Shown here: positions 42,791 through 57,035 of the stretch, one piece after another | How positions within the stretch are numbered: the stretch's first letter is position 1 | How the letters are laid out: each line of letters opens with the position of its first letter | Assembly (NCBI GenBank): GCA_964016885.1 | Contig: OZ024745.1 | Span: 83,948,001-84,012,000 of the forward strand | DNA: 64,000 bases | Direction of reading: 5' to 3' | Origin: Eledone cirrhosa | Taxonomy: Eukaryota | The notes under the pieces: model-generated | Told to the model about the DNA's origin: nothing | Database searches by the model: none | What the model saw: the letters and a program-made list of their open reading frames with translations, nothing else | Made by a program: the position numbers and the translations under genes

Positions 42791-44473
42791 CTGATATATT
42801 CCATTACTTATTTTTTAGCTTAGTTTAGGTTCATTTTGTTTACCACCATTATTATCATCATTATTATCATTGGTTTTTGACAACTTTTTATTCTAGCTCT
42901 CATAATCTTTTGGCTACTATACCATACCTTACACATTAAATTTTCACTATTAACACCTTATGAGTATATATCTGATTATATATTTTATATTATTTTGTTT
43001 CATTTTATTTTATTTTATTTGGATTCTTCTTTGGATAACTAACCCCCCCCCATGCACACATAAACTTATTGCTAACCCCTTCAAATATATTATGATTATA
43101 TTTAATCCCCTTTTTTATGCTCCTTTCTATTATATAATACAGTATATTGATTATGATTTTATGCTCCTTTGTATCCACATACATTTCTTTTTTTCTGTCC
43201 ACATTAGCCTACCATAATTCTGCTTAAATCAGTTTATTAGATAACGTTATGTAAATGATAGTAGAATATTTCATTCCTTTCTATATATATTTATAGTTAA
43301 TATCTTAATGTTTAGGAATTTTGATTACTTAAACCATAGCTAATATTGTATTGCCTTATTAAGTATTTTAAATATTTTCAATATTAATTTATCAAATAGG
43401 GTTTTCTAGTCATTTATCCGGGTTGTTTCCTAAGTTTTTACATAACTGCATGTGAGACCTAAGTAAATACTTTTGTTTTTGTTTTTTTGATTTCCGGTCG
43501 ATTTTATTTATTTATTTATTAATACTACTGTGCCTAATATTTTCTGTCTGGCCCTTATTCACTCATTCACATATGTGTCTGCTCACCAACCTTGTAATTA
43601 TAAGTAATTATATATTATATTATGTTCATTATTTATATTGAAGTTGTTATTCAACTCTTTGTAAATGTAATATTGATCTTTGTTGCTTACCGATGATTTT
43701 ATGCACCATTATGATATGTTATATTTTATATATTCCGTAAGATGTTTATATTTTTGTACCATCATAATTTTGATTTTGGTATTGTACAATATATATTTTT
43801 TTCTCACCTGCTCTCTAACTCTATATGAATTGATTTGTTAACTTGCATGCCATTATATATTATTATATTATTATTATAGTGTTATTGTGACATCTATATT
43901 GCTTGTGTAAATTAACCGGAGATTATCTATTATATTATATTATATATTATATATTATATATTATATGTTATGTAATTATATATTATATGTTTTACTTTTA
44001 CTAATTTCATTACTTCATGTTATACTGTATATTACATATACGTATTATTTTGTATTTTTATTTTTATTCCTATTATGCTTATTTATATTTAAACTCTTAA
44101 TAAGGTTTAATTTGTGCTGTTAATGATGGAAATGTGTATTGATGTATATGTATATGTGCGTATGTGTGTGTATATATATACATATGTATATTGTGCCTTT
44201 TAATTTTAATTATTATATTATATTATATTGTATTACATTGTATTACATTGTATTACATATAGTACTATAATTCCCGCTCTATATAACCACTTTTGTTTAG
44301 CTCTAGTTTTTTTGCTTTGGACTATATTTGTAATATGGTTCAAAATGTTATCCACCTCCTTAGTGATTTTTATTATATATTTTTACCCATAATCTTCCAA
44401 TACTTTAGTGTATGTACACTCCATATTCTTCGGAGTTTTCGGCTTGTATTGGCCGATAGTGCTTCTTGTAGTT

Positions 44474-44523
44474 TTAATTGCCCTGATGAGTCCTTAACAG
44501 GACGAAACATTGTTGGCTAATAA
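44474..44523 (+). ncRNA. Minimal type I hammerhead in the 3' pLTR
   Basis: GCC-CTGATGA-GTCC-TTAACA-GGAC-GAAA-CATTG-TT-GGC. Confidence 0.87.
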
Positions 44524-44664
44524 AGACTTTTGATGTATTGAAGGCTTCTTTGTTTTATTTTCATAATTCTTCGGCTCTGTTTAATTACATTGAGCTATAC
44601 CTATTACTGTCATTTCTATAATACGAAGAGGGTGTTTAACTCCAACACGCTCCAGTATTTTAAT

Positions 44665-44750
<86 letters not shown>

Positions 44751-45839
44751 ATGGAGAGGATGATGTTTGTGTCTGTTTGTGTCTGTTCGTCTCTGTTTTA
44801 AATCACAGATGAATGTAGAATGTAGTCGTTTACAAGATGAAAGATTTCACTGAGTCGCATAGACCTTCTATTAACTAATGTGATTCTTTTGATTCCACAC
44901 ATGGGAAAGAAGCAGCAGTTAGTGCGGAAGACTTTTGTAAGAAATGTAAGATTTGCATTTTGATGGTGGGTGTTTTATTGCCAAGCTATTACATAGAATA
45001 CAATTGTGAAGACGTAGGTTTAGTTTCCCTCATCATAGCTGTCATAACACTAGAGTTTAAACAAATATATCAATGAAGGATCCTAATCAATGACTGAAAA
45101 TATATAAATCTTTTGTAAATAGCTGGAAATGGAAAGTACACAGCGAATATCTTCAGTTAATTTAGATTACTGCATAAAAATCAATGTTCAGAGTATTGGT
45201 TTTGAAAAGTTTTATTGAAATTGCTGAGAGCAATTTTGTAGTTTTTGTACATGAAATATATTTATCCATAAGTCAAGCTGCTATTCTAGATGGCAAAAGA
45301 AGAAAGCCACACACTATCATAATGGTTATAAAAACCTGCTGTCATCTAGCATGATTAAATCCTTTTCACTGCACTGTTCCATCTATCCTAATAATTCCGA
45401 TAAGTGATACACCACATCAATGGTTCGTTTATCAAAAAGCGAAGTTTATTATCAATTTATTGACATAATAATATCGGTAGGAAGTATAAACATTTTTTTT
45501 TCTTTGTTATTAGCTCTGTAGAAACATGGGAGTTGTGTGTTTGGTGATAAATCAGAGATGTTTGACTTATTTTCCATCTTTGATATTTCCTTTGATATTT
45601 GATATTTCAGTGTTTACGATCAAATAGAAAATCAGAATAGCAACATAAATTGTTTCTAGTTCCTCATGACATTTTCCTAATGCCAAGTTCTGGGCTTATA
45701 TTAATAAATTTTCTCTGATATTGATGAGCCGCTGCAAAGTTTATTTGCTGTTTAGAATGGTGAAAACAAACATTGCAAGACTATGATAACATTTGATTCT
45801 AAAACTTTCTGTATAACTCGGGTTTGCATTTTAATATTT

Positions 45840-46035
45840 ATTTCTGATTTAGGCACAATTTATGGGGAATGGAAAGTCGATTAAATCGACTCCAGTGCAT
45901 TACTGGTGCTTTATTTTATCGATCTCGTAAGGATGAATGGCAAAGCTAACCTCGACAGGATTTGAACTTAGATCGTAAAGGGCCATAACTCTATGTCATA
46001 AAGCATGTTGTCCAATGCTCCACCAATACTGCCAA
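45840..46035 (-). mobile_element. tRNA-derived SINE
   Basis: Same family as 20815-20993. Confidence 0.8.
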
Positions 46036-46949
46036 AATATTGGCATCATGTTAGTTCGAGCAGGGTTTGGAGATTGTTTTCCTCTAATTGACTTAGTTTC
46101 ATTATCTAGCGTGCTCTACTGAAATAATCATATAGTTATAATAGTTTGGATCGTTTGTCGCAGTTGCTGGTGCTTGGGATTCGAACTAAGTATTGTAGCG
46201 TGACGAAACACTTGTTAATTATGTAATGTTATCATTTCTTACAATCAACAGTTAATTAATACATGACGACAACGTCAATGGACCCTTAAAATCAATGCTT
46301 ATTTGTTAGAAAGAACTCGTGGATCTGATAAACTGATGTGACATTTTTGTGACATCCTTTTTTGAGAAATAAAGCATCCAAGGAAAATACGTTTAATGTT
46401 GTCCATCAATTAAGATATATTTCGTCCCAAACAAAATGTCACAACCTTGTTATGCCAGGATAGCAGAGAAATGTGTGGCTTTCTAAAGATTACACAACGA
46501 AGCAGTTTCACAAAAGGCTCGAATAAATTATCTGGGTTAAAAGTACAATTTGTAAAAGAACCATATACTTTTTAATCACCAGTATATTTTCTCAAATTTA
46601 ATTTTGCTACGGATTTCTGATAAATTACTGGGGTGCACCGTCTGTTATTGAGAAAACGGGGGAACCTTTTGACGGCCTCAGCTGTAGAATAAAGCCATTT
46701 CCTCAAAACGCAATAACTCATTCTCGACAGAATTTACTCAATAAAAACAAAATGTTACAATTTAGAAAGCAAAATTAAATACTTTTTCTAGAAATTTTGT
46801 TTAAACGAAATTTATCAACATTCATTTTAATAAGTCAATATGTTAACATATTACTGTGTCAAAGCGTCAAAGATGGCAGCCTCGTGGCACTCCGTTTCGA
46901 GGATAAAAGATATATGTTCAACTAACTTAGCTCTGGCGGCTGTAATAAG

Positions 46950-47160
46950 GATTTCTAATTTAGGCACAATGCCAGGAATTTGGAGGGAAGAGAAATGTTG
47001 ATGAAATCGACCCAGTACTTAACTGGATCTTTATTTCACCGAGCCCGAAAGGACGAAAAGCAAAATTGACGTTAATAATGTTTGAACTCAAAACGTAAAG
47101 AGCCGAAACAAATGCCGGAAATCATTTTGTCCAACACTCTAACGATTATGCCATTCCACC
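46950..47160 (-). mobile_element. tRNA-derived SINE (older relative)
   Basis: Degenerate CCCGAAAGGACGAAAAGCAAA..TTTGAACTC. Confidence 0.7.
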
Positions 47161-47667
47161 ACCATGGCAGCTCTAATAACTGTAAGTAATGTACAGGCGT
47201 TACTAGATTAAGGTCTTGTTCTTGTAGAGAAGTGGAAAAAAATCGTAATACGAGATAAATAGTGTCTCTTGTATCCACGAGCATTTCTTTAAATGGAATT
47301 AAACGTAAGGATCCCCACACATTTTATTACGATTATTTTGATATCGTACAATACTGATAGAACCAGTTAAAACTCATATATATCGTTATTCAGTGACATA
47401 TTAGTTACAAGTTTTAACAATTTGGATTAATTTCTCTTATGGTCCAGTTTGGATTACTAATAACGGTGATGTACTCTAAATATGTGTACGTGTCACTCAA
47501 GTCGTTTTCACCAATATGATTGTTGATAATATTTTAGAACACGTTACAGCGTTTTAAAGACAGACACTAAGACGTTTGAACTGAAGCAACTAATCTCCTG
47601 CCTCGGGAAGAGTAAATAGATTTTCATCCGAATGCAACGCAACACAGCAGTACGCTCTAAGTCGTTT

Positions 47668-48130
47668 TCTTCTTCTTCTTCTTCTTCTTCTTCTTCTTCT
47701 TCTTCTTCTTCTTCTTCTTCTTCTTCTTCTTCTTCTTCTTCTTCTTCTTCTTCTTCTTCTTCTTCTTCGCCCACTTATTTCTGAGAGGGTCGTGGCGCAG
47801 AGCCCCCACTCCTAGTGGGTCCTGTCAGAATCAACTGTATCCAACTGACCGAGAACATCACAACCCTTACAGGCAAGGAGCAGGAACTAGTGGATAAGGC
47901 TACATGCTACTAGTTAGATATAGTCGGGGTTTTGTCAACAAAGTTCCGTGGCTCTGGTACTGTAGATTTGAATGGAGGATGGAAATCCGCGGTGGAAGTG
48001 CGGATACTCACAACCCCCCTGCTTATATGTTCGATATAAAATGCATAAGTCAGATTTCGACTGATATATTAAGATCCTAGATGCATCTACAACAGGTGTC
48101 AAAACTGCTTGGCAAAGTGTCACTATCGCT
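47668..48130 (-). mobile_element. Probable LINE 3' end with (GAA)n tail; (TTC)n at 47668-47768
   Basis: Long trinucleotide tract abutting a GC-richer segment; clade not determined. Confidence 0.45.
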
Positions 48131-49694
48131 CGTGCTAAAACAGGCTCACCGGTTCATGGTTTCTCTATAATTCATTGGCCGGAGATACCACAATAGTTTA
48201 TGACCAATAAATAACTTCCTACATAATACGTCTTCCACCAAACCCACGCGCCTCTTTTGTTGCTTGTGTGTGTTATCCAATATCATCTCAGCTTCTTTAC
48301 CATTCTATTGAATTTCATCCTCTCTTTTGATTGATATTTTCCGAAACTGAACATCAACTACGTTTATCGATGGTCTGCAAAAGTCATAGACAAATCACAT
48401 CCTTCACTGACTAATAGAAAACCAAATAGGCCTAATATCTGACATTACTGATATTGTAGAGATGGTCACCGAGCTGAGAAACAAACACGATATTATGAAA
48501 AGAGTTATAGATTAAAATATACTTCTATCAACTTAGAGATGGGAGTGGAAATGGAGATGTCAGATCGAGAGTTTCGTATGGTTAAACAGGATATTTGCGA
48601 GGGAAATACGATATAAAATGCAGAAGAGCACAAAGCAAATTTAAATACGTTTTCGACAAATTGTTTTCGAAGAAAATTGTCAATATTGTCAGAGCTACAT
48701 TCATTTTAATAAATGAATATGTTAACTAACTTAACATGTTGCACTATCAAAATGTCAACGAACGTTTTTCCTTAACCCTTAATTAAAAAAGGCATCAAGT
48801 TCTTTAAATTGAGAAAAAAATATATATATTTCTTTTTACTCAAGTTTATTAAAGATTTTTACTTTTTTTTATTTATTTTTTTTTTCTGTGTATTTTCCTC
48901 TATTTTGTAAAATCCAATATTAAATCTATTTCTATTTTCTCTCCATCTTTGATAAATTTGGTATTCTGTATTCTGAAGATTTTTTCTATATTTTCACTGC
49001 TCATTCCAAACTTCTATATATCCGTTTTTCTTTCCTTCTGTCTTTTTGTTTTTTGTTTTTTGCATTTTATTTTACCTATCTCAATATTTTTTCTTCTCTT
49101 CATCCATTTAGTCAATATTTACTAATTCTGTGATAAGGTAGTTCATGTGGAAAACGGCTTTTATTACTTGTCTTATATTGTATTCATCAAGAACAATTAA
49201 ACTAATGAAGTTACTAATAGCGATAGTGATGATGATGATGGTGGTGATATTTTCCTATTTTGTTGTTGTTGTTGTGGTGGTAGGGGTTGTGGTTTCTCTG
49301 TTATAACTCTTTAGTGATGATAATGACGAAGATGGTAATGATGATAATAGATTTGTTAGTGGTGGTACAGGGAAGCATGGATAATCGTAGGGTGAAGGTG
49401 GTCGTTACACACAGAGGCAAGGCCTTTTTCATAATTTCATATGATTTTCTAGGTTATTTGAAACAGATGATTTCTCTAATTTATCATCGTTTTTTTCCTC
49501 ATCACGGTTAAGCTGAAGAGATGTTGGCACGCGTTATTCTCGCTTTAAAATAAGCAGAGCCCCTGCAGATTGAGTAGACATCATTACCGGTGTTTTGATT
49601 TTGACTGTTATATTTATGCTTCATCAATTTGGAGTTTATGTTTTTTTGTTTCTGATTAGTCTAGTTTGAGAATTCCAAACACAGAAAATAACTA

Positions 49695-49885
49695 TGATTG
49701 TTTCTACTTTTGACACAAGGCCAGCAATTACCTCAGTGCATTACTGGTGCTTTATTTTATCGACCTCGTAAGGATGAAAGGCAAAGTTTACCTCGGCGGG
49801 ATTTGAACTCAGGACGTAAAGGGTCATAACTCTATGTTGCAAAGTATGGTGTCTGACATGCTACCGATACTGCATATCCACCGTT
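49695..49885 (-). mobile_element. tRNA-derived SINE
   Basis: Same family as 20815-20993. Confidence 0.85.
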
Positions 49886-50053
49886 AGAAAATAACTATAA
49901 TAAGAGTTGATCACTATAAGTTGAGAGAAACGGTAAAATAAACCCTACAGATGGTAAAGGGGACCAGAGGCGACTATGAGGAATCAAACTCCATATCGTG
50001 TGAATGTGTTCGGGATTCTCACATCTCAATATTTCCAAATTCATATATATATA

Positions 50054-50095
<42 letters not shown>

Positions 50096-50634
50096 CGCGT
50101 GTGTGTGTGTGTGCGTGTGTGTGATATTGTAGATATACTTTGTGGTTTGTGGCAGCTAAACATTTTAACACAGAGAAACTTTCCTCGATTTCATCTTTGA
50201 AAGCTTGTGTATCTACGTTGCTTTCCTAATTTAAGTTCATCTTATTTCAAGCTGTTTAAGCTAGCACAACAAATTACATCAGCTTTTTTTTTTTTTATAT
50301 ATATATTTGTTTGTTGGAACTAATAATTGAGAGAAAACGATTAGCGTTGATGTAGACATCAAAATCACACCGGCAGTAAACGGTAAAATGAATCAGACAT
50401 ATAGTGGAGATCGTGGGCAGAGAGATTGCAGGTGATGCCATACTTCAAACGAAACGTTCTGTTTCTGGACTCAAATCTAATAAAGGCAAAATTATGTGTC
50501 AGTCTTATATTTTAAACATTTTCACTGATAGCACAAAATCTAATAAAAGCTGCGAGAAATATACACTATTTTTCCTATCCTGGGTAAATTGTCAAGAAAT
50601 GAATTTCATTTCGTGCCATCAGTATTCTGTGTAA

Positions 50635-50762
50635 TTCCCTTTACGATCTGAGTTCAAATCCCGCCGAGGTTGACTTTGCCTTTCATCCTTACGGGGTCGA
50701 TAAAATAAAGTACAAGTAATGCACTGGGTAATTGCTGGCCTTGTGCCTAAAGTAGAAACAAG
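50635..50762 (+). mobile_element. 5'-truncated tRNA-derived SINE
   Basis: Nearly identical to 20865-20990; flanked by AGTATTCTGTGTAAT / AGTATTTTGTGTAAT (TSD-like). Confidence 0.87.
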
Positions 50763-52809
50763 TATTTTGTGTAATATAATTAAGAAAATCACAAACTGTG
50801 TGCTAAAGGGTTATGTGTCTCCAGAAAATAAAACAAAAGCATAACGTCAAAATGATTATGAAAGAATCTATTGCGTATCAAATGTTTTCTCCTGCAATAT
50901 TCTGTCGAAAGATTTTCTTCAGTAGAACTCGAGGACTATTAACTTTGTGGTTTTGTTTCTTTTATGGTATTCATGGGCAGTGAGAATGGATGGGTTTTTA
51001 TAGTTGTTTTTTCTTTTTTTTTTTAGTTGTTACAATTTTCTTTACATTTGTATGACACAAACAAAATGAAGTTAATTGTTTGATAAATCACTGCTTATAG
51101 TAAATCATTTAAAAACGATTGTTCCAATGTTGTAATTAAAAGATGTATGTATTTTCTGCATGTTTCTGTTTGAGATAATGACTTTCTGCTTCAGTTTCAG
51201 ATAAAACCTGTTGTCGTTAAAACTGATACAGACGTTGCCAGTGCTGGCAATATTAATATTGTTTTCATGTCCAAGTTTCAAACACATTCAAAATCAAATT
51301 ACTATATTGGCTTACAAATAAAAAAATAAAAAAATATGTTGAAGGTCTTTCTTTTCATCCTTTCCATATTATTTTGAATTTAAGCTTCTTTCTTCGCCCA
51401 CCCCCATACGACAACGCATGGCCCCTTACTGGCCATTCATGTGGAGGTAGCCAACATCCTAGTAATTAGATATCAAATCACTCACAGGCAGAGCGTGAAA
51501 ATTTAGGAGAGGTCCCATCTTATATGAATATGAGGCCATTATTTTTAGAATGTTTTAAATACTTATCAAATAGAATATTATAAAACAAGGAATTCTTGTT
51601 TCTTTTTTTTTCAATTTTTCTGTTACTGGTTTCAGTAACTGAAACGCCTCCATGCTTGAGCTCCACCTTCACAGTTGTTTTATTGTCCATCACACCAACC
51701 CTAGTACTTATTTCTGCCTGGTTCTTATTTACTCAATGCATATTTGTCTACTAGATAGTTTTAACACATGAGTTTAACTGGGGATGTTATATCAAAGAAA
51801 TAAACATGTACACACACATACAAGCCCCCACACACAATTGCGCACACACTAATACAAACACTGACACGCACTTCCAAACTTTAGTCACAGGGTATTGGTT
51901 AACCCGATGCTATAGCGGAAGACGCTTATCTATTGTGCTGCGCAGTGGGATTGAATCCGGAACCCCATCGTTACGAATCAAAGTTATTAAATACGCAAGC
52001 ATGCTTGCCTGTAAAGTACATGTAGCTCGTCATTAGTATTTGTATATATGTTTTATATGAAAGTTATGACATTTGAAACTTCAACTCTAACTGATTGTCA
52101 TCTTAATCTTCCCTTGACATTCACCTATTTCTCCCCATTTAATTAATATCTTAGTGAAAAGGTTCAGTCTTGTCCTTCACTGTACGTGCCACCATTTTCT
52201 AGATGACAATGAAGAGAAAGCTATTAATCATGATTTTAACCATATAATTTCAGTCATATAATTTATAAATGTTATTTGTTTTTCCATCAGTTTTCTAATT
52301 TGTTATCAAATAAAATTTTTTCTCTTCAATTACTCTAGGAACCGTATGAATAATAATGAATACACCTCCATCTTTATAATGTTGTTCATACATCTTACTT
52401 TTACAATCTCGCAAACTATCTAAATAACGAAATTTTGTTTTAAAATCTGCAGGAATAGTAACATGGAAAATTACTAACATGAACCATTTCGTTTAAATTA
52501 GCAGAAAAGAACCAAATATTCCGATGATCAATTGACATTTCAAGCGGAAAATCTATGACCTCATTTGTGTGATATAAATTGTAATTCCATACCTATAGAA
52601 CAGCCTGAATGGAGAGAATATTATACATTTATGGACTGCGAAAATTATTTATTATGAAATAATTGCTTTCACTGCTCCTTTTGTAAATCAAATTTAGAAT
52701 CTCGTCTGCTTTGTGTAAGATGTAATTTTCTGCACTTCCCTTTTATTTATTTATTTTTGTTTGCAATAAATGAGTTTATGTGTTGGGTAACATCCAAGAA
52801 AAAGAATAA

Positions 52810-54300
52810 TTCTTTCTTTATTGGCCACAAGGAACGAAACATGTAGGACAACACAGAAGACAATGTGAATTTACAAAAAATGAAAGCGTGTAAACAAATA
52901 AAACATAAAAATAAGCAATAAAATTATAGCAATAAACATTCACCAATTGGGGGAGCACCACCCAGGGGTAACTTAGAAACCCCTCTTATACTAAACCATC
53001 CTAATCTCCAAGAGCACCATAGGAGTGCGCTCATCTCCCCTCCAACCTCTCCGGGCTACAGGCGCTTCCACTCGGACCAGTCTCGCTACGTTCACCGACT
53101 TTTTGACAAATGTAATGTGGGAGTGGCAGCACTTCCTTCTCCAATTTCCCTTTCCTTTCCAAGTAGAACTTGAAAAAGATGATGAAGCCTTGGCTGAAAA
53201 GGTAAGTCTCTGTTTTCAGTCCTTTCAACCGCGTTCACTACACAACCTCTCTTGCTACAGCCACCAGACAGAGGAACACTGCCTGCCTTTCCTGACCGAA
53301 AATCTGCGGCGTGCGATCTTCAAGATGGAGTCGGTCTATAGCTGCAATGCATGGACATTGGACGTTTGTTTTGAACTGGCAATAGCCTGGTAGCCCTGTC
53401 AAGTCAGAGACTTTTGGAAATTGTTCATAGTCCCCCGCCTCAAATGTTCTCCGGAAAAGACAGATTAGTTCAATTTCATCAACATCCAGATATTCTCCGA
53501 GAAAGTTGTCGAACATTCTTGTTTCGCGTTGAAGAAGTACTGGATAGCCATTCTTGCCGCAAGCACGTCACTTACAACGCCATTTCTAATCAGTTCATCT
53601 AGTTTAGCTTCTAATTCCCACTCCGTTCTACTTTTCTCCTATCGCTACCTCTTTACTAAAAGCTATCGACTCTACTCTGATCGCTCTCGAGAGAGAGCAC
53701 CCCACCACCTGCTGTTCACGTCTGCTCCTTTCAACCAGTGCTTAACTAATGTGCTAATCCGATCACTGCAGACTTTACGCACCGGGAACGGCGTTTTAGG
53801 CTTCGGAATCTATCTAGGTCAGCCATGCAAACCTTGAATTTGTTTTCTGAATAGGTGACCGCCGAAATGGTGGGCATTCTATGCTATCTTTATCTACGAA
53901 CCTAATCAAAAACTAAAGTACGATCCGGATGACTCAATGCGATTGGTCCAAATCAACGCTGGCGCATTTAGGAAATCTAGTCGGTATCTTTCAGACAGTT
54001 GGAACTACCTGATCAGGTTCTTGAAGCTTTTGGACACAATCTCAGCATACGCCCAAGATGCCGTTTCAGTACACAGAGACCACAGAGTACGTCTTGTCAA
54101 GAGTCTCACTTTTGAAGAGCACTGATATGTTGCTAAACTGCTTGACCTTTGCAACGGGTTGTATATCTGTGGTTGCCCAAACCTCAAACGGAATGCTTAT
54201 GGTACCTCGACTGTTACAAGTTTGGTTCCATGACCAAAACATTCTTCTCTCCTGCTAAAATCTATATGAAATCATTTCCGATATAACGGAGCCGTTCCTG
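52810..54300 (-). mobile_element. Degenerate L1/Tx1-like LINE ORF2 3' portion
   Basis: C-terminal remnants (..KTNVQCP..AVFLCLVAVAREVV..KGLKTETYL..FFKFYLERK) with a T-rich 3' UTR and A-rich end on the minus strand. Confidence 0.6.
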
Positions 54301-54602
54301 CGAGAGTGCTTTTGTTGTCGTTGTTGTCATTGTTATTGCTGCTGTTGCTACTGTTATCTTGTTGTTGCCGTTGCTGTTGTTACTGCTGTTGCTGCTTCTG
54401 CTGTTGTTGTCGCTACTCTTGTTGCGACTGTTTCTGCGGCAGTGGTCGTTGTTCTTATTGTTGTTGTCGTTGCCGTTGTTGCTGCTTCTGCTGTTTTTTT
54501 GTTATCCTTGTACATATGTATATTTATATATGCGTATATATTTATATATGTATATTTTTATATATGTATATATAAGTGTTTTCATATATATATATATATA
54601 TA

Positions 54603-55696
54603 TAGTAGAATAATCGAGTATCGAAAAATCGGCGCACGAGTTCACGATAAACAAAATTCGAGATGAGCGGCAGAGGGCTCTATAATTCAAATAAATTAGA
54701 GCTATAACTATCGTTAAAATACCGTCACACGTAGAATATGTCTACAATCAACCAAATAACCGAAAAGTTCGATATGGAAGATTCGGGACACTCAGATAAA
54801 TTATCAATAAATCAATAAATGAAATGAATGTAAAATGCATACCCGGACCCACTAGAGAGATGGAATATCTAGCTTCTTGGGTTTCTGTAAATCCTTAAAC
54901 CGTCATCTATCAGCTCATATAAAAATATAAGACTTACAGATAATCGGGGGACTGGAGTTACTTCATCAACGAGCTTCGTCCGAATGGATAAAAAGACAAG
55001 ACCCAGGCTAAAAATACGCACATGGATTTCAGCAAGGGAGATAACCTTTATATCCGCAAAAATATTCGGAAAAATGTGGCAAAAACACATATCGAATAAG
55101 AGTGCTCAATAGACATGTTAAAATAAACAGAGGCTATTCATCATTTAATAGAATCGACAAAAAATGAACAATAAAATTAACTGGTCAATAGCTAAGTCTA
55201 GAGCTAAATATAGTAGAATAATCGAGTATCGAAAAATCGGCGCACGAGTTCACGATAAACAAAATTCGAGATGAGCGGCAGAGGGCTCTATAATTCAAAT
55301 AAATTAGAGCTATAACTATCGTTAAAATACCGTCACACGTAGAATATGTCTACAATCAACCAAATAACCGAAAAGTTCGATATGGAAGATTCGGGACACT
55401 CAGATAAATTATCAATAAATCAATAAATGAAATGAATGTAAAATGCATACCCGGACCCACTAGAGAGATGGAATATCTAGCTTCTTGGGTTTCTGTAAAT
55501 CCTTAAACCGTCATCTATCAGCTCATATAAAAATATACAGATAATCGGGGGACTGGAGTTACTTCATCAACGAGCTTCGTCCGAATGAATAAAAAGACAA
55601 GACCCAGGCTAAAAATACGCACATGGATTTCAGCAAGGGAGATAACCTTTATATCCGCAAAAATATTCGGAAAAATGTGGCAAAAACACATATCGA

Positions 55697-55698
<2 letters not shown>
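54603..55698 (-). mobile_element. Retrozyme-like tandem, 608-bp period, 1.8 copies; variant HHRs at 54842-54973 and 55450-55574
   Basis: Near-identical direct repeats between (TA)n. Minus strand: CTCG-TTGATGA-AGTAACTCC..GGATTTACA-GAAA-CCCA..CTAGA..TCTAG-TGGG-TC-CGGG. Confidence 0.8.
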
Positions 55699-55736
<38 letters not shown>

Positions 55737-55785
55737 TTGTGTGTGTAGATATATGTATATATATGTGTATATATATGTGTATATA

Positions 55786-55835
<50 letters not shown>

Positions 55836-55949
55836 CATATATGTATACATGTATACATGTGTGTAAGTGTGTGTATTTGCAAGATATTAAAACTGTTGTA
55901 TACATAAGACCTTGTGACAGGTTGTACTGGGTTACATGTTATCAGACCG

Positions 55950-56135
55950 GGCCTGATAGAATGCTTGAAGAGACACCTGAGCCGGTAATGTCAGGAGACT
56001 GAACGTTCGAGAATCACATCTGTGAACGTGCTTGAAAACCAAAAGCTGGTGTGAAAAGTCACCTGGGTGCACATGATCGTGCAATGTTCAATGAAGGGAT
56101 GGCACTCTTCTGACAAGAAGTAGTAATTATCATGT
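55950..56135 (+). mobile_element. Short RTE LINE 3' fragment (C2H2-like remnant)
   Basis: HICERA*KPKAGVKSHLGAH reading. Confidence 0.5.
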
Positions 56136-56222
56136 ATGTATTGATGTGAAATTGCTAATTTTTAAGATAAATTGAATAATATTATATTACTATTAATGTA
56201 AATCCAAATTTGATAGGTAAAA

Positions 56223-56283
<61 letters not shown>

Positions 56284-56685
56284 TCACCATACTAAGAAGA
56301 GCGAATGAACATGTAAGTCAATCATTTAAAAAAAAACTGATGTGGTCCAGAATTATTGATTAGATTCTCTGCTAGTTGATCAAATATTTGACATTCCTGC
56401 CATTCTAATTACGTAGACGAATGAATTCCTCCGTTGTTCTGTTATAAAACACAAACTGTTACATCTGTTTAACATAAATTCTTACAAAAATATTCCTTCA
56501 TACATGATATATTGCTGAATAGTGTTATCTTGGCTGAAATAATTTAGTATATATAAACTGTTCCGGTTTCCGATTATTTTTACATCTAAGTAGTTATTCA
56601 ACCAGCGTGTAGAAGCATTTGATATCATCCTATCTCCTGGAGTATCATCCTATCTCCTGGAGATCCCCGGTATCTCCATAACATG

Positions 56686-57035
56686 TGGAGACGCGCGCTT
56701 TAGTGGCTAGAACATTGTGCTAACGACTGTGAGGCTGTGAGTTTGATTCCCGGACCGTGTGGTGCGTTGTGTCTTTGTGCAAGACACTTTATTTCACGTT
56801 GCTCCAGTTCACTCAGCTGGAAAAAATGTGTTGCGACATCACTGGTCCCAAGCTGTATCGAACTTTGCCTTTCCTTTGGACAACATCGATGGCATGGAGA
56901 GGGAAAACTAGTATGCATGGACAACACGTGCTCTTTCACAAAAACACCTTGCCAGGGCTTTTGCCTCGGAGGGGATCTTTCTAGGTGCAAAGCCAATGGT
57001 CATTCGTGAACGAAGGGGTCTTTACACATTTTACC
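56686..57035 (+). mobile_element. Second tRNA-derived SINE family
   Basis: A-box-like TAGTGGCTAG and B-box GAGTTTGATTCC, then GCGTTGTGTCTTTGTGCAAGACACTTTA core. Confidence 0.8.

Larger units (their letters stand above)
39945..44668 (+). mobile_element. Near full-length Naiad-like PLE with inverted 5' pLTR (39945-40052), long AT-rich 3' UTR and 3' pLTR
   Basis: 39945-40052 is the reverse complement of 44446-44565. Flanked by (TA)n; contains an RT-EN ORF. Confidence 0.92.

Noticed and set aside
47544-47774. Poly-Glu ORF
   Set aside because: Translation of a (TTC)n tract.
54306-54613. Cys-rich or Leu-rich ORFs resembling a metallothionein or signal peptide
   Set aside because: Degenerate (TGT/TGC)n trinucleotide repeat.
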